Assembly (NCBI GenBank): GCA_036172245.1
Contig: JAYWIR010000003.1
Coordinates: 4,030,001-4,094,000 of the forward strand
Direction of reading: 5' to 3'
Length of the DNA stretch: 64,000 nt
From: Raillietiella orientalis
Taxonomy: Eukaryota
Made by a program: the position numbers and the translations under genes. Each line of letters begins with the position of its first letter. Within the stretch, counting starts at the first letter, position 1. A model generated the notes under the pieces. The model was not told where the DNA came from and ran no database searches. It saw nothing but the letters and a program-made list of their open reading frames with translations. Shown here piece after piece: positions 35,401 to 48,014 of this stretch.

Positions 35401-37987
35401 TCTCGGCTCTTGCGCCGGTCCACGGTCCGTACGAAATCAGGCTCCATGGAGCACTCCCTGACACTTGTTAAAGTTCGTTCAGCCGCCGTTCCCGATGCTC
35501 ACAGGTCCGGAATTGCTTCTTGCTCTTCCCAAGTACAGCCTAATGGTCTTCGTGTTCTTTCAAAGCAGCAACTTTTGTCAAAGATTTTCCAGCTTACACA
35601 GAACAAGCTCGCGAGTGGAAGGGTAACGCTACCCATGGCGGTAGCTCAGAGGACGGATAGCCGTGGGCGCTTTGCGGAGACGACTGCTACCAGCAACAAG
35701 AGGACCCTCTCTTTTTGCGAGTGCATGTTCCCTCGTAGAGCTTCTGCTAAAAGTTCTTTGCGCGCAAGAGCGAGAAGTGACTCCCCGAAGCGCCGCTGCC
35801 ACTCGGCTGCAAATAGAGCGCGATCCATCTACTGGAAAGACATCCTCAGCACTGGAACTCTCTGTGAGCCGCCACTCACAAACAGTTCCAGTGCTGCTCT
35901 CTTGTGTGTATCTTCTGGGAAGCTCCTTGCAAATCACCGCGCAAGAGTGTGTTTGGCATCTCGAAGAAGCGAAGCGGAACGGCAGGAACGTCCGAACAAG
36001 TTCTCCGAGGTCGTCCGCGAAATGGGCATCTTTGGTGAGCTTGTTGCTGCCGAATCGGAAGCATTCCAAGCATCCGCTTGGTGGCCACAGGGAACCAGCA
36101 TCTCGGAGAGGTGGATTTTCCCTTGTAGGAGAAGGGCATAGGAAGAAGGACATGTTCGAAGGACCTGAGTCGAGTTCATCCTTCGCTCTGTGCCCCGTGC
36201 CCAACTTGGAACGAGAAGCGGAATCTCGGCGGGCAAGGTGGCCACAGTGGCTTCGAGGAAAATGCAAAAGCGCTTCGATTTCCCTATTTCTCTCTTCCGC
36301 TGCTAGAGGAAGCATCGCCTGCCTCTCTCCTCGGAGTCATTAAGGCCGTTTCAACCGAAGGAGAGCACACCATGGACACAGTCGAGTGGATCGATCGCAG
36401 AATAAGGCGTTTTGCGCCCTAGGAGTCGTAGCCTCTGCAGCCGAGGGAAGTGAGTAGTTTAGAAGGGTTTGCAGGAGCTGCGGACTTCTTGGATGCTTTA
36501 AGGACTCGAGACCTGCACAACCATTCTTTGCGTAGAAGAGTCATTCTCATAGAAGGGAAGGCCGTGAAGAGTGCACCTCAAGGAGCTGGCCTCCCGTTTT
36601 CCATTCCCGCTCGGTAATGTTGCCACCTTTCCTCCACGTCTCCAAAATCAGGATCGGCTATTTACGCGGAGAGGCATCCTGGTCGAGGAACCTTCCCGCT
36701 TGAACGCAAGGGACCTTGGAACCTTCCCTAAACTGAGCAATTGTCCCTCCGATTGTTTCCTTTTTTTTTTTCCTGCTGGAAGAAGGTGGTCTGCGAGCGC
36801 ACACAGGACGACGTGTGAGCTCCCCTTCGCAAGCGTATCGCAAGAGATCTCGGATGCTGGAGATCCGAGAGATGTGCGGGGGAGAATGGCCTCGAGCGCA
36901 AGAATCCTCTCAATCTCCCTTCAGGAGTTTGCCTTTTCCGGGACCTGCCGCTTTCGGAATACAAGATTTCGCTATGCCCGGCGATCCGACGCTGCGCGGC
37001 AAATCTTCAAGGTCCCCGGAACGAGGAGATGAACGCCAATAAAGCGACCGCGGCGGTCGCTCGCCAGAGAGCCTCCAAACGCCCTTCGCTGTTGCGGAAG
37101 CGACTCTTCCGAGCCTCCGCGGGGAAGCAGATCAGTCCCGATCCGAAGAAGGAGTCAAAAGGAGGGCAGCTGCTCTTCTCCGGGCGGGGCCCGCGATGCG
37201 CCACGGAACTCGCGCGCCGTCCGAACGCTCGGCACCGCCGATTCCACGACGGGGTTTCGGGTGGAAAGCGTTGGCTTCGGGGTGATCGCCCTGGTGCCGT
37301 CCTGGTGTCGAATCAGTCGAGGGCGCCTGCCGCCTTTCCTTCCTCCGCCGGGGAGGGAGTTCCCGCCAGTTACCTCTGTCGTGAGCGTGGGATAATATCC
37401 GGTGAAGTTGTATTCCCATCCGTACTGGCACTGCGTGATGGGTACCCCGCTGTGGTTGAAGATTCCACCCGTCACCTCTACTGACGACCAGTCGATGTCA
37501 TACATGTAGCAGTGAGAGTATGCGTCGGCGCTGTGTCTGGGTGTTTTCGCTCCCGGTGGGGAAAAGTTGAAGCGCCCCCAAACTTACCCGAGCTCCTGCG
37601 ACTGGTTGTCTGCAGCACTTGCGTATCTGTTCGGGATCGCGAGCTGCTTCCTCTCCTCAGCCGAGTAGTTTTCCAGCTGAGGAACGCGGCACCAGTAGTA
37701 GTCCGGCTCCAGCACCATGAACACCTATCGCATTTCAAAATCGGCAGTGGATTTCCGAGGGGGCAGGAGGGTGGGGCGGGGGGCGCCACCCCACCATCGC
37801 CCCAAGCGTCGTGCGTTGGAAGGAAAGGAAGAATCGGTCGGACTCTTCGAGGACGGCGATGCCTTACCTGGCTGAAGTACACCACGGACATCCCGTAGAA
37901 AGCGAAAATCATCAGGCCCAGAAGCCTCTTCTGGAAGTGACCGAAACCACCGATGTGAGGGAACAGATCTTCGAAATCCTGAATCAT
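29321..37987 (-). CDS. SLC22-family (MFS) organic cation/carnitine transporter, arthropod carcinine/beta-alanine-transporter-like; 9 coding exons, ~550 aa
   Basis: Exons 37987-37868, 37724-37588, 37530-37374, 34124-33866, 30738-30440, 30380-30274, 30129-29915, 29861-29680, 29497-29321 (1653 nt), all GT-AG with matching phases. Motifs DFEDLFPHIGGFGHFQ, WCRVP, CYMYD, LNWVCD, SDAYGRR, VLPES, DVIGRR, PEMFPTVIR, LFLPET. Confidence 0.93.
29680..29861 (-). CDS. SLC22 transporter coding exon 8
   Basis: MQILFASMSYLARL...PEMFPTVIRSQAMG...APYILFL|GTGAGT. Confidence 0.92.
29915..30129 (-). CDS. SLC22 transporter coding exon 7
   Basis: SLFCVAYDG...NPYLSFTISSFTELPG...DVIGRR...FIPA|GTAAGC. Confidence 0.92.
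30274..30380 (-). CDS. SLC22 transporter coding exon 6
   Basis: KYIQNEQGK...AFMRKPRLRRMLLTMCLVW|GTGAGT. Confidence 0.9.
30440..30738 (-). CDS. SLC22 transporter coding exon 5
   Basis: VEYMKPDKR...GDWRKF...VLPESSMW...KIAKMNK...DVM|GTAAAG. Confidence 0.92.
33866..34124 (-). CDS. SLC22 transporter coding exon 4
   Basis: LNWVCDNNWKPTFAQAMYFIG...SDAYGRR...SSMFVL|GTAAGA. Confidence 0.92.
34900..36480 (-). mobile_element. Decayed RNase H-containing (I-group) LINE 3' portion in SLC22 intron 3
   Basis: EDVFPVDGSRSICSRVAAAL (cf. YTDGSK..VAAA RNase H start) and KLRIRVRHLL (cf. RLRxGH); frameshifted. Confidence 0.5.
37374..37530 (-). CDS. SLC22 transporter coding exon 3
   Basis: ADAYSHCYMYDIDW...CQYGWEYNFTGYYPTLTTE|GTAACT; an alternative in-frame acceptor lies 6 nt upstream. 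Confidence 0.88.
37588..37724 (-). CDS. SLC22 transporter coding exon 2
   Basis: VFMVLEPDYYWCRVPQLENYSAEERKQLAIP...QEL|GTAAGT. Confidence 0.88.
37868..37987 (-). CDS. SLC22 transporter coding exon 1
   Basis: MIQDFEDLFPHIGGFGHFQKRLLGLMIFAFYGMSVVYFSQ|GTAAGG, phase 0. Confidence 0.9.
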
Positions 37988-38057
37988 CTTTAGGCATCAC
38001 GCGTGGAATGTGCCTTGGGAAGAAAAGATGCTTTAGACACGTGCTTCCTGCAGACAC

Positions 38058-38760
38058 GCGTTGGCGGCCGCAGTGCGTGGCACCGAACGTTGCGGATTCG
38101 AATCCCGTCCGGGGAAAGAAGGACCGACACTGAGAATGAAAACACGTCGTAGATTTCGGGTCCCCCCCCCCCCCGAAGGATGGCGTCCACAGGCACTGAT
38201 GAAAGCCGGATGCCCCGTTGGCTGGCCTCCGGGATTGGAAGCGGACCCTCTGCGGTCCCTTCCAAGGAGCAAGGATTCCTTCCCCTCCGGTTGAGAAAAT
38301 GGAGCTGGTCGATATCCCCTCTGAGGGGGTTACCTCTCCAGGGTCTAAGGAGCGTGCCCTCCAGAGAATTTGAAAGCGTCCCTTCGGGATTCTCTTCAGA
38401 GGAGTTCTGACAAGGGGTGGATCCTTTCCGGGTGCCCTCTGGAGAAGAAACGAGGTCCATTCCAGAGGGTCACTCCGGAGTAAGTAAGGAAGAGTTTCTT
38501 TTCGGGGTTCCCTGTGAAGCGTAAGAGGAACAGACTCCCTCCTCCGGAGCCTTTCCTGGATTCGTACCGGTGTTACTCCCATGGAGAGTCACACACACCC
38601 TGAGGTGGCGTGGACAGCGCGAAGGAACTTCGCGAGTCCTCCCTGAGGAGGCGGACGGTTCTTCAGCGCCTGGCGGACCACAAAAGAAAAGAAAAAAACT
38701 GGAAGCAAAGCATCGAAAGCAGAAGAGCTACAAAGGATTCCCAACATTCGGTTTCGGGCA
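38058..38760 (+). mobile_element. Full-length copy of the SINE-like family with candidate 13-bp TSD
   Basis: B-box GGATTCGAATCCC; flanks TTCCTGCAGACAC (38045-38057) and TTCTTGCAGTCAC (38761-38773). Confidence 0.8.
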
Positions 38761-38773
38761 TTCTTGCAGTCAC

Positions 38774-39450
38774 TGAAGAGGGCATCCTAGCAGTCGACCC
38801 GAGACGCGAACGATGGATCCATTCATCTCGTCCGATCCCCTTGCAGGAAAGCGTTCCTCTTCACGGCCGCTGGGCATCGTCTCCTCGACAATTGGCAGAT
38901 CCCGTTCCTGCCGCTGTCTCGGAAGCTCCAGCAGCTCAGAATGAGGTCAGCTCGCGGGCTCGCAGGACCGCAGAGCGGCTGGAGCGAGGGGAGGCAGCAA
39001 AGAATTTAACGCCTAGGAAACCTTGCTGTTCACTTGACGGGAGCCAGGATTATGCATTCGTCAGACTTTGCCTTATCGAGCATGGGCCTTATCGCCTTCT
39101 GCGTTGCGGCCGAACCTTCGAGCTGCGTCTGGTCCCAAGTCGATTGTTATCGAGCAAGAAAAGAGGAGGCACGGTCTCCATCTTGATGAACAGCACCATG
39201 GTAGCTGAAGTGAGGACCGAGCGTCGCTGTTCTTTCGGAAGCGACGATGAAGAGCACTGCGTCTTACGGAGGAAAGGGGGGAACGGAAGTGACCGAGCGA
39301 GCCAATTGCGCCCTTTGGAACTCCTTGCCTTGAAGCATCTTGTCGCGAGAGGCCTTCTCGACTAACACCTACAGAAATGGAGGACCACTAGAAGGGCAGT
39401 TTTTTTTCCAAAATGAAGCCAGATGCTGCCCACCGTCCACACCTAAACAC
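38774..39450 (-). mobile_element. Decayed LINE RT fragment (Jockey/I-like)
   Basis: RQGVPKGAIGSL (cf. GVPQGSxLSP) and RFLGVKF (cf. KFLGVxFD). Confidence 0.5.
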
Positions 39451-42400
39451 CAGGGCTTATTCACTTGTGAGGAGCTCGTAGTACGCGAGGTCACAAGCCA
39501 CGATGTGCTGCTGCAGACAACGAAATCTTCCACAGGAGCACATGCCGCGATTGGCTTGCAGCTACCTCAGCTGCTGCAGTCTCCAAACTGTCGATCGCAA
39601 ACAAAAGGAAGAGCCATTTCTATTCGGTGACCACAGCGGAGGAAGATTCTGCTGCCAAAGGAACGGAAAGAATGCACCTGCGAATCGCAGGGCAGCAGTG
39701 CACGTGAGAGTGATGAGTTGGAGCGAAAACATGATCGCCTCACCAAAGCTCCAAGATCACCACTTGGTTCAGCAGCCCGGCCTTTTTCGTCTCACCCCTC
39801 CCCCCTCATCCCGTCGATAGTCCGTCCGGCAGGAACGCGCTTGGATTTCGTTGGAAGGTTGCGAAAGAAGGCAAGGATATCGCAAACTTCCACGTGCTTG
39901 TCCTTGCTTGGCCGCCACCTTGCCACCGGAAAAGCGCAGCCAGATTCGTCTACGAGGTCCGATCCGAGTCTGCTCGGGATGAACCAGGAAGTCTGGCCGA
40001 ACAGGAAATCCCTCCCTGCATCTAGTAGGGGGAGGGGAGGACGTTCCGGAAGTCGGGGAGGGCGACGGCTACCCCGGAGATTGCGTAGGAGCACTTCCGC
40101 CATTCACAGATGCAGCCAGTCGAGGACCAGCGAGCGCCATGCCCATCACCCAGCCGGCGCCTCCCGGTCTGACTCCGCTCACCCCCCACCTGCGAAGGGA
40201 AAGAGGTAGTTCGGAGCACCCGGAAGATTGGGACTGTAGGAAAATCAAGCACAGCTTGCTCCGGCCTTAGAGCTGAGCACCAGCTCTGTAGCTGATGGTG
40301 TCATCGGCAGTTGGGGTGTCTCCTTCAAGAGGAAATGAGGGGGCCCTCGAGAGCCTTCAGATTTGAAGCCCAAAGGCGCTTCCACGCCACCCTTTCGGGA
40401 ACTGGATTCCAGATGCCGGCGGACGAGGAGGAACTCGCAAGAACCTCAGCCCCTGTCCCATGACCTTTCTTTCTGGTTCACGGGTCATCTCCAAGGGACG
40501 CTCCTCCTTTACCTTTCTGGCGAAAGAAAAGCGCCGGAAGATTTATCTGATCCTTGCTCCGTCCCTCCCGCGGGAAATCTCGCGACCAAGAGGCCGCGAA
40601 ATGAATCCGACCTTCCGTTGCCATGGAGGCAGCGGAAGGATTCCACATTTCGGTCTGCAGGTCAAGCACCGAAAATCCCAGGGAGGATTTCTCTGAGGGA
40701 ATTCCATGGGTGATCGCAAGGAAAGGAATCGGGTTAGGAGGCTCACCGTCCACAGAAGGACAGCAGGCTCTTCCCCTTGGGAAATGAAAGGATTCGAGGT
40801 TTCCGGCGACCCAAAGCGCCCCTCCCAAACGGGTCTTGTAGTCACGTGGAGAAAGGGGTTTCAGCAGATTTTATTGGTTCGAGAATGCAGGCTGACCTGG
40901 AGTCGAGGAGCGCGCTTTCTCCTTGCTAGCATCCGGAGGCAAGTCCGTAGGGGTAAGGTGAGGACGCAGCCTTTATAGCACGGGCAGCACGAACCCCATC
41001 AAATGGGGTGGCGGCATGCCGCCACCGCCTTGGCGAATGGGCGTGAATGGGGCGAAGTTTTCGGAAACCTTCCAAGACGACATCGCGTCGGAAGCGCAAA
41101 GGATTTTCAATCTATCCTGCGATGATTTCTGATTCGCTCCATTCATTCGAATTTCATTCATCCGAATTTTTTAATTCATAATTTATTTTTTTCCTCCCCC
41201 CCCCCCCCCCCCCTCTTTCCCCCATTCTCGGTTTCCTCAGCACGTCGCTCGATCTCATCGCTCCTGGGCCAAGGACTCGAGCTTGCCGTTCACGTGTCAT
41301 CAATCTCGTCGTCGGAACGAGATGGAGCGAGCGACGCCCCTGGTCCCTACTGGGTCCACCCGTCTCGTTCCCGACGCCTTGGAAAAATTCTCCTCGGGGA
41401 ATCTTTCCGGAAACGCTCCGTAAGCTCTGACGCTGCGAAGTTCCCTTCTCTGCATCTCTCCTTGTCCTTCTCGCGACAGCACGAGCCACGACGACCCCAG
41501 CAAGGAGGCGAAGATTCCAGAAAGAACCGATATGCTTTCCTTGCTCCTCCGGTCGAGTTTCCGTGAATGTCCCCCACCCTGCCCTCTTCCCGCGGCTGCT
41601 CTTGGTCGCGTTCTCCAAGAGGGGAAAACGCGCCGCCGTCGATGCAACACTACACGCACGCCATGCGCGAACAGCACGTTCGGGAGGACACTCCCGGGCA
41701 CAGCTGTGTCGCTGATTTGATCGCACCTGTGCCCTTCCGAATTCCGCGATTTCAGGGAACTTCGGGTTTGCTCTTGGCCCCTGCTCAGGATGTCTCGCTC
41801 CGAGTGGAAGGTGGGGTCCACCTTCCGCTAGGAGACGTGCGGCATTCGCATCCGAACGTTCCCTTCTGCTCCTGGGATTTTTGTGATTCCGACCAGACCA
41901 AACTTGGGAGAGGTGCGTAGTCAGCCGGATCCCCTGGAGCCGAGGCTTGTTCGCTCTACTCGAGCATCCCCAGCACCGGCTCGAGGCCCCTCGCCCCGGG
42001 AGGGATGTGGAGCCCATCGCCCTTTCCAGAAGCGCGGAGGAAAAAATCTCCGGACGGACATCCTGACCTCGCGCGGCATGCAGCCCCGAAGGACAGCATC
42101 AAGAGTTAGCGTGTTTCCTCCAACAGCCTCTTCGAGTTCTCAGACGTTCCTCTTCCCTCCTGAACGTGCCCGGACCATCTCGCGCATTTCCTTGCAGTTT
42201 CCCTTCGAAGCAGAAGGAAACCGCACCCCAGAGGTCACTTCTCGGAGGATCCGAAGGCTTCCCCTGTTCTCGTACCGCCGCGCCCCTCTCATTCGATCCA
42301 GGTTCCACGATTCGGAGCGCTCCAGCATGTCACGTTTAGCTCCGTGGGGTCACGGTTTGCTGAGTGCATCCGCTCCTGCATTCGAAGTGTTCCTTTTCCA

Positions 42401-44252
42401 CCTCCTCCGTCCCCCCGCATCCTATACCCACGGTGGATTTCCTCGACAATCGGGGAAGTTCCAGGGTCTCCTGGACATTTCCGGATTGGCACCCATGCGG
42501 TGTCCTTGAAAAGAAGATGACGTCTCGGAGATCGAAGGAGTGGAAACTTCACGAACGGGGAACAGCCCCATAAGGATTAGGGGGAAAATGCGCTAAGAGC
42601 ACACGACCTTGAGGTCGCCACTATCCTGCTGACTTCGTTCCGAGGAACAGCTGTTCGTTGCAATTTACTGGTCTTTCTGCCGCTCCTCCCATTCAATTCA
42701 AGTGACTACTGCGTCCTCCTAAATGCAGATTCTTCAGCAAGAGAGGAGAACTTCGCTCGTCCTCTTGCTGAAGGAATGGCTAACAAGGAATTTCTTGGCT
42801 TCACTTGCATCCCGCACCAACTCGAGGAGCAAGGGAGACACACTGGCTGCAAGCCAAAACCGGGAACATTCCTCAAACGCTTATGAAGACCCTCGATGAC
42901 CTTCGCAGCGCGGCACGTATCCACTTGTGCTCCTCAGGATCATGTGGTTCATCGAAAACTGCATTTCCCTTCCGATAAACGTGGATCTCCTCCTCAACTT
43001 CGCCTGATTACTAGAGGAGGCGCGTCGCCATGGCAACTTGCTCACGGGCAGCACGGGATGAGGAAGAACTTTTCGTCTCGTCTGGCTTCCCAACAGCCAT
43101 TGTGCCTTCTAGCCGAAACAAACACAGCGTAGCCCCGCGGCGAGGCTAACAGGAGTGAACCTTCAAAAGTCCCCATGCCCCCCGCGTGCGATCAGCTGGG
43201 AGCATCGCGAGAGTTCGAGAAAAACGGGGTTCCTCCCCACATTCAGCAAATTTCTTTCGATCCCCGGCGTCCCAAAGGGGCGAAAGTCGAGCATCCCCAG
43301 AGATCAGGCCACAGTCCAAAGATCATCCTCAGAGAGCCAAAGAAACACCTTCTTCGAAGAGATTCTTTTCTAGAATGAAGACGGCTTTTCTTTTGCAGGA
43401 AAAAGTTCGGCTGGACTGTGGAAAGCCGAGGAAGACAAACAGCCTGCGGGCCTGCACTTCTTGATGTCCGGAGGTGGTGGAGTGTTGAGTTCCGATGACA
43501 TCCTCAGCTGCCGCTCGCACCCCGATTCGCGTCGAGCAATTTCTCCAAGAACGCCAGAAGATCAAGAGCGTCATTCGGAGACTTCAGATGGCTGAGTTTG
43601 TTCAAGGTGGTGGTGCGAAGTCCCTACCCTCCACCCCGAGCAATCGCCACCGTCGTTCTGGAGAGAGGCGTGGGGAAACCCGCGGGAGGGATGCTGAAAG
43701 AGCTGCTTTGGGAAGGACAGTCGAAAAGAACTGATCCAGAAGTGAGGAGTCCAGGCAATCAGTCCCTCTGAAGACAAATGTCCTGTCTGAGGTGGAGACA
43801 GTCAGCTGCAGGACTGACCAGTTGGACTGACTAGTTGCCAAAGGAAAGATCGTCCCTCCTCGTGGGTTTACTTGGAGCGTGGGAGCACCGCGCTGGGAGC
43901 AGCATCCCGCAGGGCATCTTGTGTGCAGCCTACGGAGCGGTCCTGAGGGCTGTGGGGAACGAGAGGGGAGTCCCGCGGAGAAGGAAAGATTTCACTCGCG
44001 ACGGAGCGGGCGCACGAGGTGTCAACAACAGAACCCGCAGGCGATCTTTGCGATAAAAGAGCCGCTGCTGACGCAGCGCGCCCGCTTGCGACCAGACGGA
44101 GACCGCCTGTTGCTGGACGCGAATGCCGAGCACCCGGAAGTTCCTTCGCTGCCCGTTTCAAGGCGAGAAACCCCGCATGCCCCTTCGATTCCCTCGTCCA
44201 TGGGAAGGTTGCGCGGCCTTTCGTTCTCGAGGAGGCCCCCTGGTCTCTCATA

Positions 44253-44992
44253 GGCGGCCGCGTGCTTGCAGGCACACACGTTTTGCGGGTTCGAACCCCA
44301 AAGTGGAGGATCGACGCCGAGAAGTGGGGATGCGTCGTGGATTTGGAGTCCTCCCCTCAAGATGACGCTGGTTGTCCTCTATTCATCCGGGTGCGGCACT
44401 GGTAGCGGTTCAACCCGGATGCCCCTGAGGGCGAGTGGCTGGGACAATGGGAGTCAACCTTCGGGTCCTTCCAGGAATCAAGGAGTGGGGAGTTCTTCCC
44501 CTCCTGTTGTGCAAAGGAGCGGATCCCCAGTGTGAGGGACCCCTCCGGACCGTACTGAGGGAGTAGGTGTGTCGCCACCTCTCCAGAGAGTGCAGAGAAG
44601 CGAGCCGATCCCTTCGAGGAGCGCCCTTCTGAATTTCGGAAGCGTCCCTTAGGGGTTCTCTTCAGAGGAGTAAACAGGAGCGGTTCCCTTGCGGCATCCC
44701 TCCGGAGAAGAAATTCCTGATAGGGAATCCTTTCCGGGTTTCCTTCGGAGAAGAAAAAATGGAACGGACCCCCCTGGGGTCCCTCCGGAGAGAATAAGGA
44801 AGAAATGGTTCCTTTCGGAGACAACCAGGGTGGAGGCGATCTCCATTCCGAGGATCTTTCCCCAGGTATGAGAGGAACGGACTCCGAGCCCTTCCTAGAT
44901 TCATAAGGTGGATCCCTCCCGGTATACCGCTATTATATACGCACCCTCGGGTGGAGTGGAACAGGGAAGACAGAAAAGAAGGATTTCCATCA
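44253..44992 (+). mobile_element. SINE-like copy (first unit of tandem pair)
   Basis: B-box GGGTTCGAACCCC at ~44287; ~6 hairpin units; shortened tail ending GGATTTCCATCAT. Confidence 0.8.
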
Positions 44993-45700
44993 TCTGGTTG
45001 GTCTATTCGGGTGCGGCAGTGCTGCTGGAATCCGGAAACCCCCGGCTACCCCCGTTTCCTGTCTCAGGATTGGAAGCTGACCCTCCGTGGTCCTTCCAGG
45101 AACCAAGGAGCTCCTCGGGGTTTCTCACCTGTTGTGAGAATGGAGCTGGTTGATAGCTCCGAAGGAGGTATCGACCAGCTCCATCCTTCTTACTCTTCTC
45201 CATTCTTCTTACACTGCGGATAGGCGATCTCCCTCGGGGGGGATCGCCTCTCCACAGTGTAAGAAGCGCGCTATTCCCTTCGAGGAGCGACCCATCAGGG
45301 AAAATCGGAAAGCGTCCCTTCGGCATTCTCTTCAGAGGAGAAAGCAGGGAGCGAATCATTCGGGGGATCCCTACAGAGAAGAAACGAGAGAAGAGGACCG
45401 ACCCTTCCGGAAAGAATAAGGAAGAGATGGTTCCCTTCGGGGTTCTCTCCCAAGCGTAAGAGAGTAACAGACTTCTTACTCTGGAGCCTTCCTGGATTCA
45501 CAGGGTGTTTCCTCCAGGGTTACCCCCCCCCCCCATAACTTGAAGAGTTACACGCGCCCTCGGGTGGCGTGAACAACGCTAAAGAGCTTCTCCAGCCCCT
45601 AGGCGAACGGTTCTTCAGCACTTGAGAACCCCCCCCCCCTTTTCCGCTTCCCCAAAAAGGAAAGCAGCGAAAACGAGAGAACCCAAAAGGATTTCCACCA
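44993..45700 (+). mobile_element. Headless SINE-like copy (second unit of tandem pair)
   Basis: Begins CTGGTTGGTCTATTCGGGTGC (post-head body) and runs to tail CCCAAAAGGATTTCC. Confidence 0.8.
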
Positions 45701-46789
45701 GAAGGTTTCCGTAAGGAAGGCTTCCCGTCGATAGCCTCGGGCAAGGATGCCGAATCCCCAGCACGCTCCGAAGTGTGGAAACCCCGCTGGCTGCGTTCCA
45801 ACAGAGACGAGAGAGGAGCCCTAAGAAACTCCTCCCGGACGCGCGGGACGCGGGAAGCTTGGAGACCTGGCGACGGTCTGGCGCAGTAAGCGGAGCACCC
45901 TGCAGGTGCGCAGCCGGACTGGCTCAGGGTCACTGTGTCGCCACGCGAGTGTCACGTGATGCGCTCCCGTCGATCGGCAGTCCGGAAACGGACCGCGCGG
46001 TGCGTACTTGACCGCTGCTCGCCGCGAGCACGGAGAAGACTTCTTTCGCGGGAAGAAAAAAAAAAAAAGGCGAGCGTCGTGTGAATAGCACGCCCAGTCT
46101 CCTGCTGCCATCCTGGCGCATCTCCCCAGCCGGGTGTTCCGTTGGAGGAAGGGACGTTCAGCGACCGATCGGCTCCCGGTCACGTCGAAGATCGCTTCCA
46201 CGCACTCCCACAAGAGATCGCATCCTAGCCGACGAAAGAAAGCGATGAATCTAGGGTTGCAGCAGCATTTCAGCCTTGGCAGCTTAGCAACAAGTCCTGC
46301 AGCGACGCTCGAGAAAACACCAGGTGCAGCCCCGTAGGGAACGTTCTTTACCTTGAAGAGGGGCATCGAACGGACGTTTCCCTTCGTGTTTCGAGGTCCA
46401 TTTGACCCTTGAACCGCGTGGGACGAGTCCCAGATCTCCCGCGAAGGAAACGCGGACTGCGGTCCTGTGGATTTCTCATTTCGAACCTCCCCAGACGCGG
46501 ATTGGGGTCGGGAAGGGGAAAAACCCCAGCGTGCCCACCGTCGTCTCCGGAGAAGACCATCTCCTCCTCCCTTCCCCCTCTCCCGGAAACCATGCAGGAA
46601 GAATCGCGCCACTTACTTGAGTTCTGGTCGGACGACGCAAAAAGGTATCAACCACGTGTACCGAGGATGCACACAGTGACCGTGTTCCATTCAGCCTGTT
46701 TCCTTTATGAAGGATTCGCGGTGGAATCTGATAGATGAGATCTTATCGCCATTTTTTTTTTTTTTATCATTCATTATACATCCCGGATG

Positions 46790-47950
46790 TTATTGGGAAT
46801 CCCGGTACCAGCGGCAGTGGAAAGGTCCACGTCATGGGGGACTCCGCGTTAGTTCCTATGGCGAGAAAGAACATTCGCTCGTCGATCTCCCGATCCCTCC
46901 AGTACGCTCCAGGTCGACTGGACATGAGCAAAATGGAGTGCCAAAAACGTCTGATTTGGGGGACGCGCTCCACCCCCGTATATTCCACTTTCCCCTCCTT
47001 TTTTCTTTCTCTTTAGAGTAGCCATCAAGCTATTGTCGAAGTGCAGAAAGTCTGGCTTTTCTTAGGAACAAACGAGAACCCCGAAACAAAAGGCGCGACC
47101 TTGAGATCCGAGAAGTTCGTCCAGGAGCCGAAAGGCTGCTATCAGATACAGGAAGAGGCTGCGAGTCCTCGATACGGGCCGCCGCGGCTCGTAGGGAGTC
47201 CGGCGAAGGGACCGTAACTACGTCGGCGGGGGCCGACTGAGAAGAGATGACGACGCGGACGAAATGACGCGGACGTACGGTGCCTCCTGTGAGCGACGGC
47301 GTCTCCGTGATCCGACGGAGATGCGTCCTCTGGCTCTATGGGTCCTCGGAAGAGATCGGAGACCGCCACAAGACGCCGCGGATGCGAGTGGCAGCGCGGC
47401 GCAAAAGAACGGACGCAGCGTCACGCAGCGTTCGCAGCCAGCGAGGGACCAACGCCCTTCCCCCTGAACGCTCGCCCTCCCGGGCAGCTGCAAAGGCACC
47501 CAGTTCGATGGAGCGCCCCTTCAGGGAGCCTGCCGAAAAATGGACCACGAGAACCTGAACTCGTGGCAACCGGGATGGCGGTGCCAGTCAGAACAGGACT
47601 GCCACCTCTCGCTTTGCTTCCTTCAGGCTGCCTGCAAGAACTTCCTGTATCCAGGACAACGGCAACCGTTACTCCCATTGCTGGTAGCTTCAGCTGCTCT
47701 TCAGCACGCGGTTCCAACTTTTTCATTTTCTTTTTTTTTGCTCGTGATTTTCTTCTCGGCGGGAGCACAGGCGTGTCCCTCAGCCGTTCCACTGAGCAAG
47801 AGTGGGATTCGGTCTTGGATTAGGGCAGCAGGAGCAGAAGTTGGAACTCTGGGGTCCCTTTGAGCGCGGAGGAATCGTCTCGAAAGTGCTGAGATAAAAC
47901 ACGCGACCAGAAAGGCAGCCACCGCAGGCGAGAGAGGAGAAAGACTGGGA
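46790..47950 (-). mobile_element. Decayed Gypsy/Ty3 pol fragment (aspartic protease + RT N-terminus)
   Basis: GVTVAVVLDTGSS (protease LDTG) followed by REIDERM..AESPMTWTFPLPLVP (cf. EIxxML..SPWxxPxxLVP). Confidence 0.6.
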
Positions 47951-48014
47951 CCTGCACGCACAATGAAAGGGAAAATATTTGGGGACGTCCCTTATTGCTC
48001 CCGAAATGCCTAGA

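Larger units (their letters stand above)
39500..46700 (-). mobile_element. Near full-length decayed L1/Tx1-type LINE (ORF1, APE, RT, zf-RVT), interrupted by two SINE copies
   Basis: In order along the minus strand: FKVKNVPY and RTCRV (ORF1), EDVIGTQHST (APE), SISVLSGIFASLL / NFSKAS / PIRQGGGG (RT), QKGKGG, LAFFRNLPTKSKR (zf-RVT). Confidence 0.55.

Noticed and set aside
38190..38230. Hammerhead ribozyme core (CTGATGA) in the SINE
   Set aside because: Not conserved in other copies (CTAGTGGA, CCGGTGGA) and no properly placed stem II/GAAA; no ribozyme found by eye.
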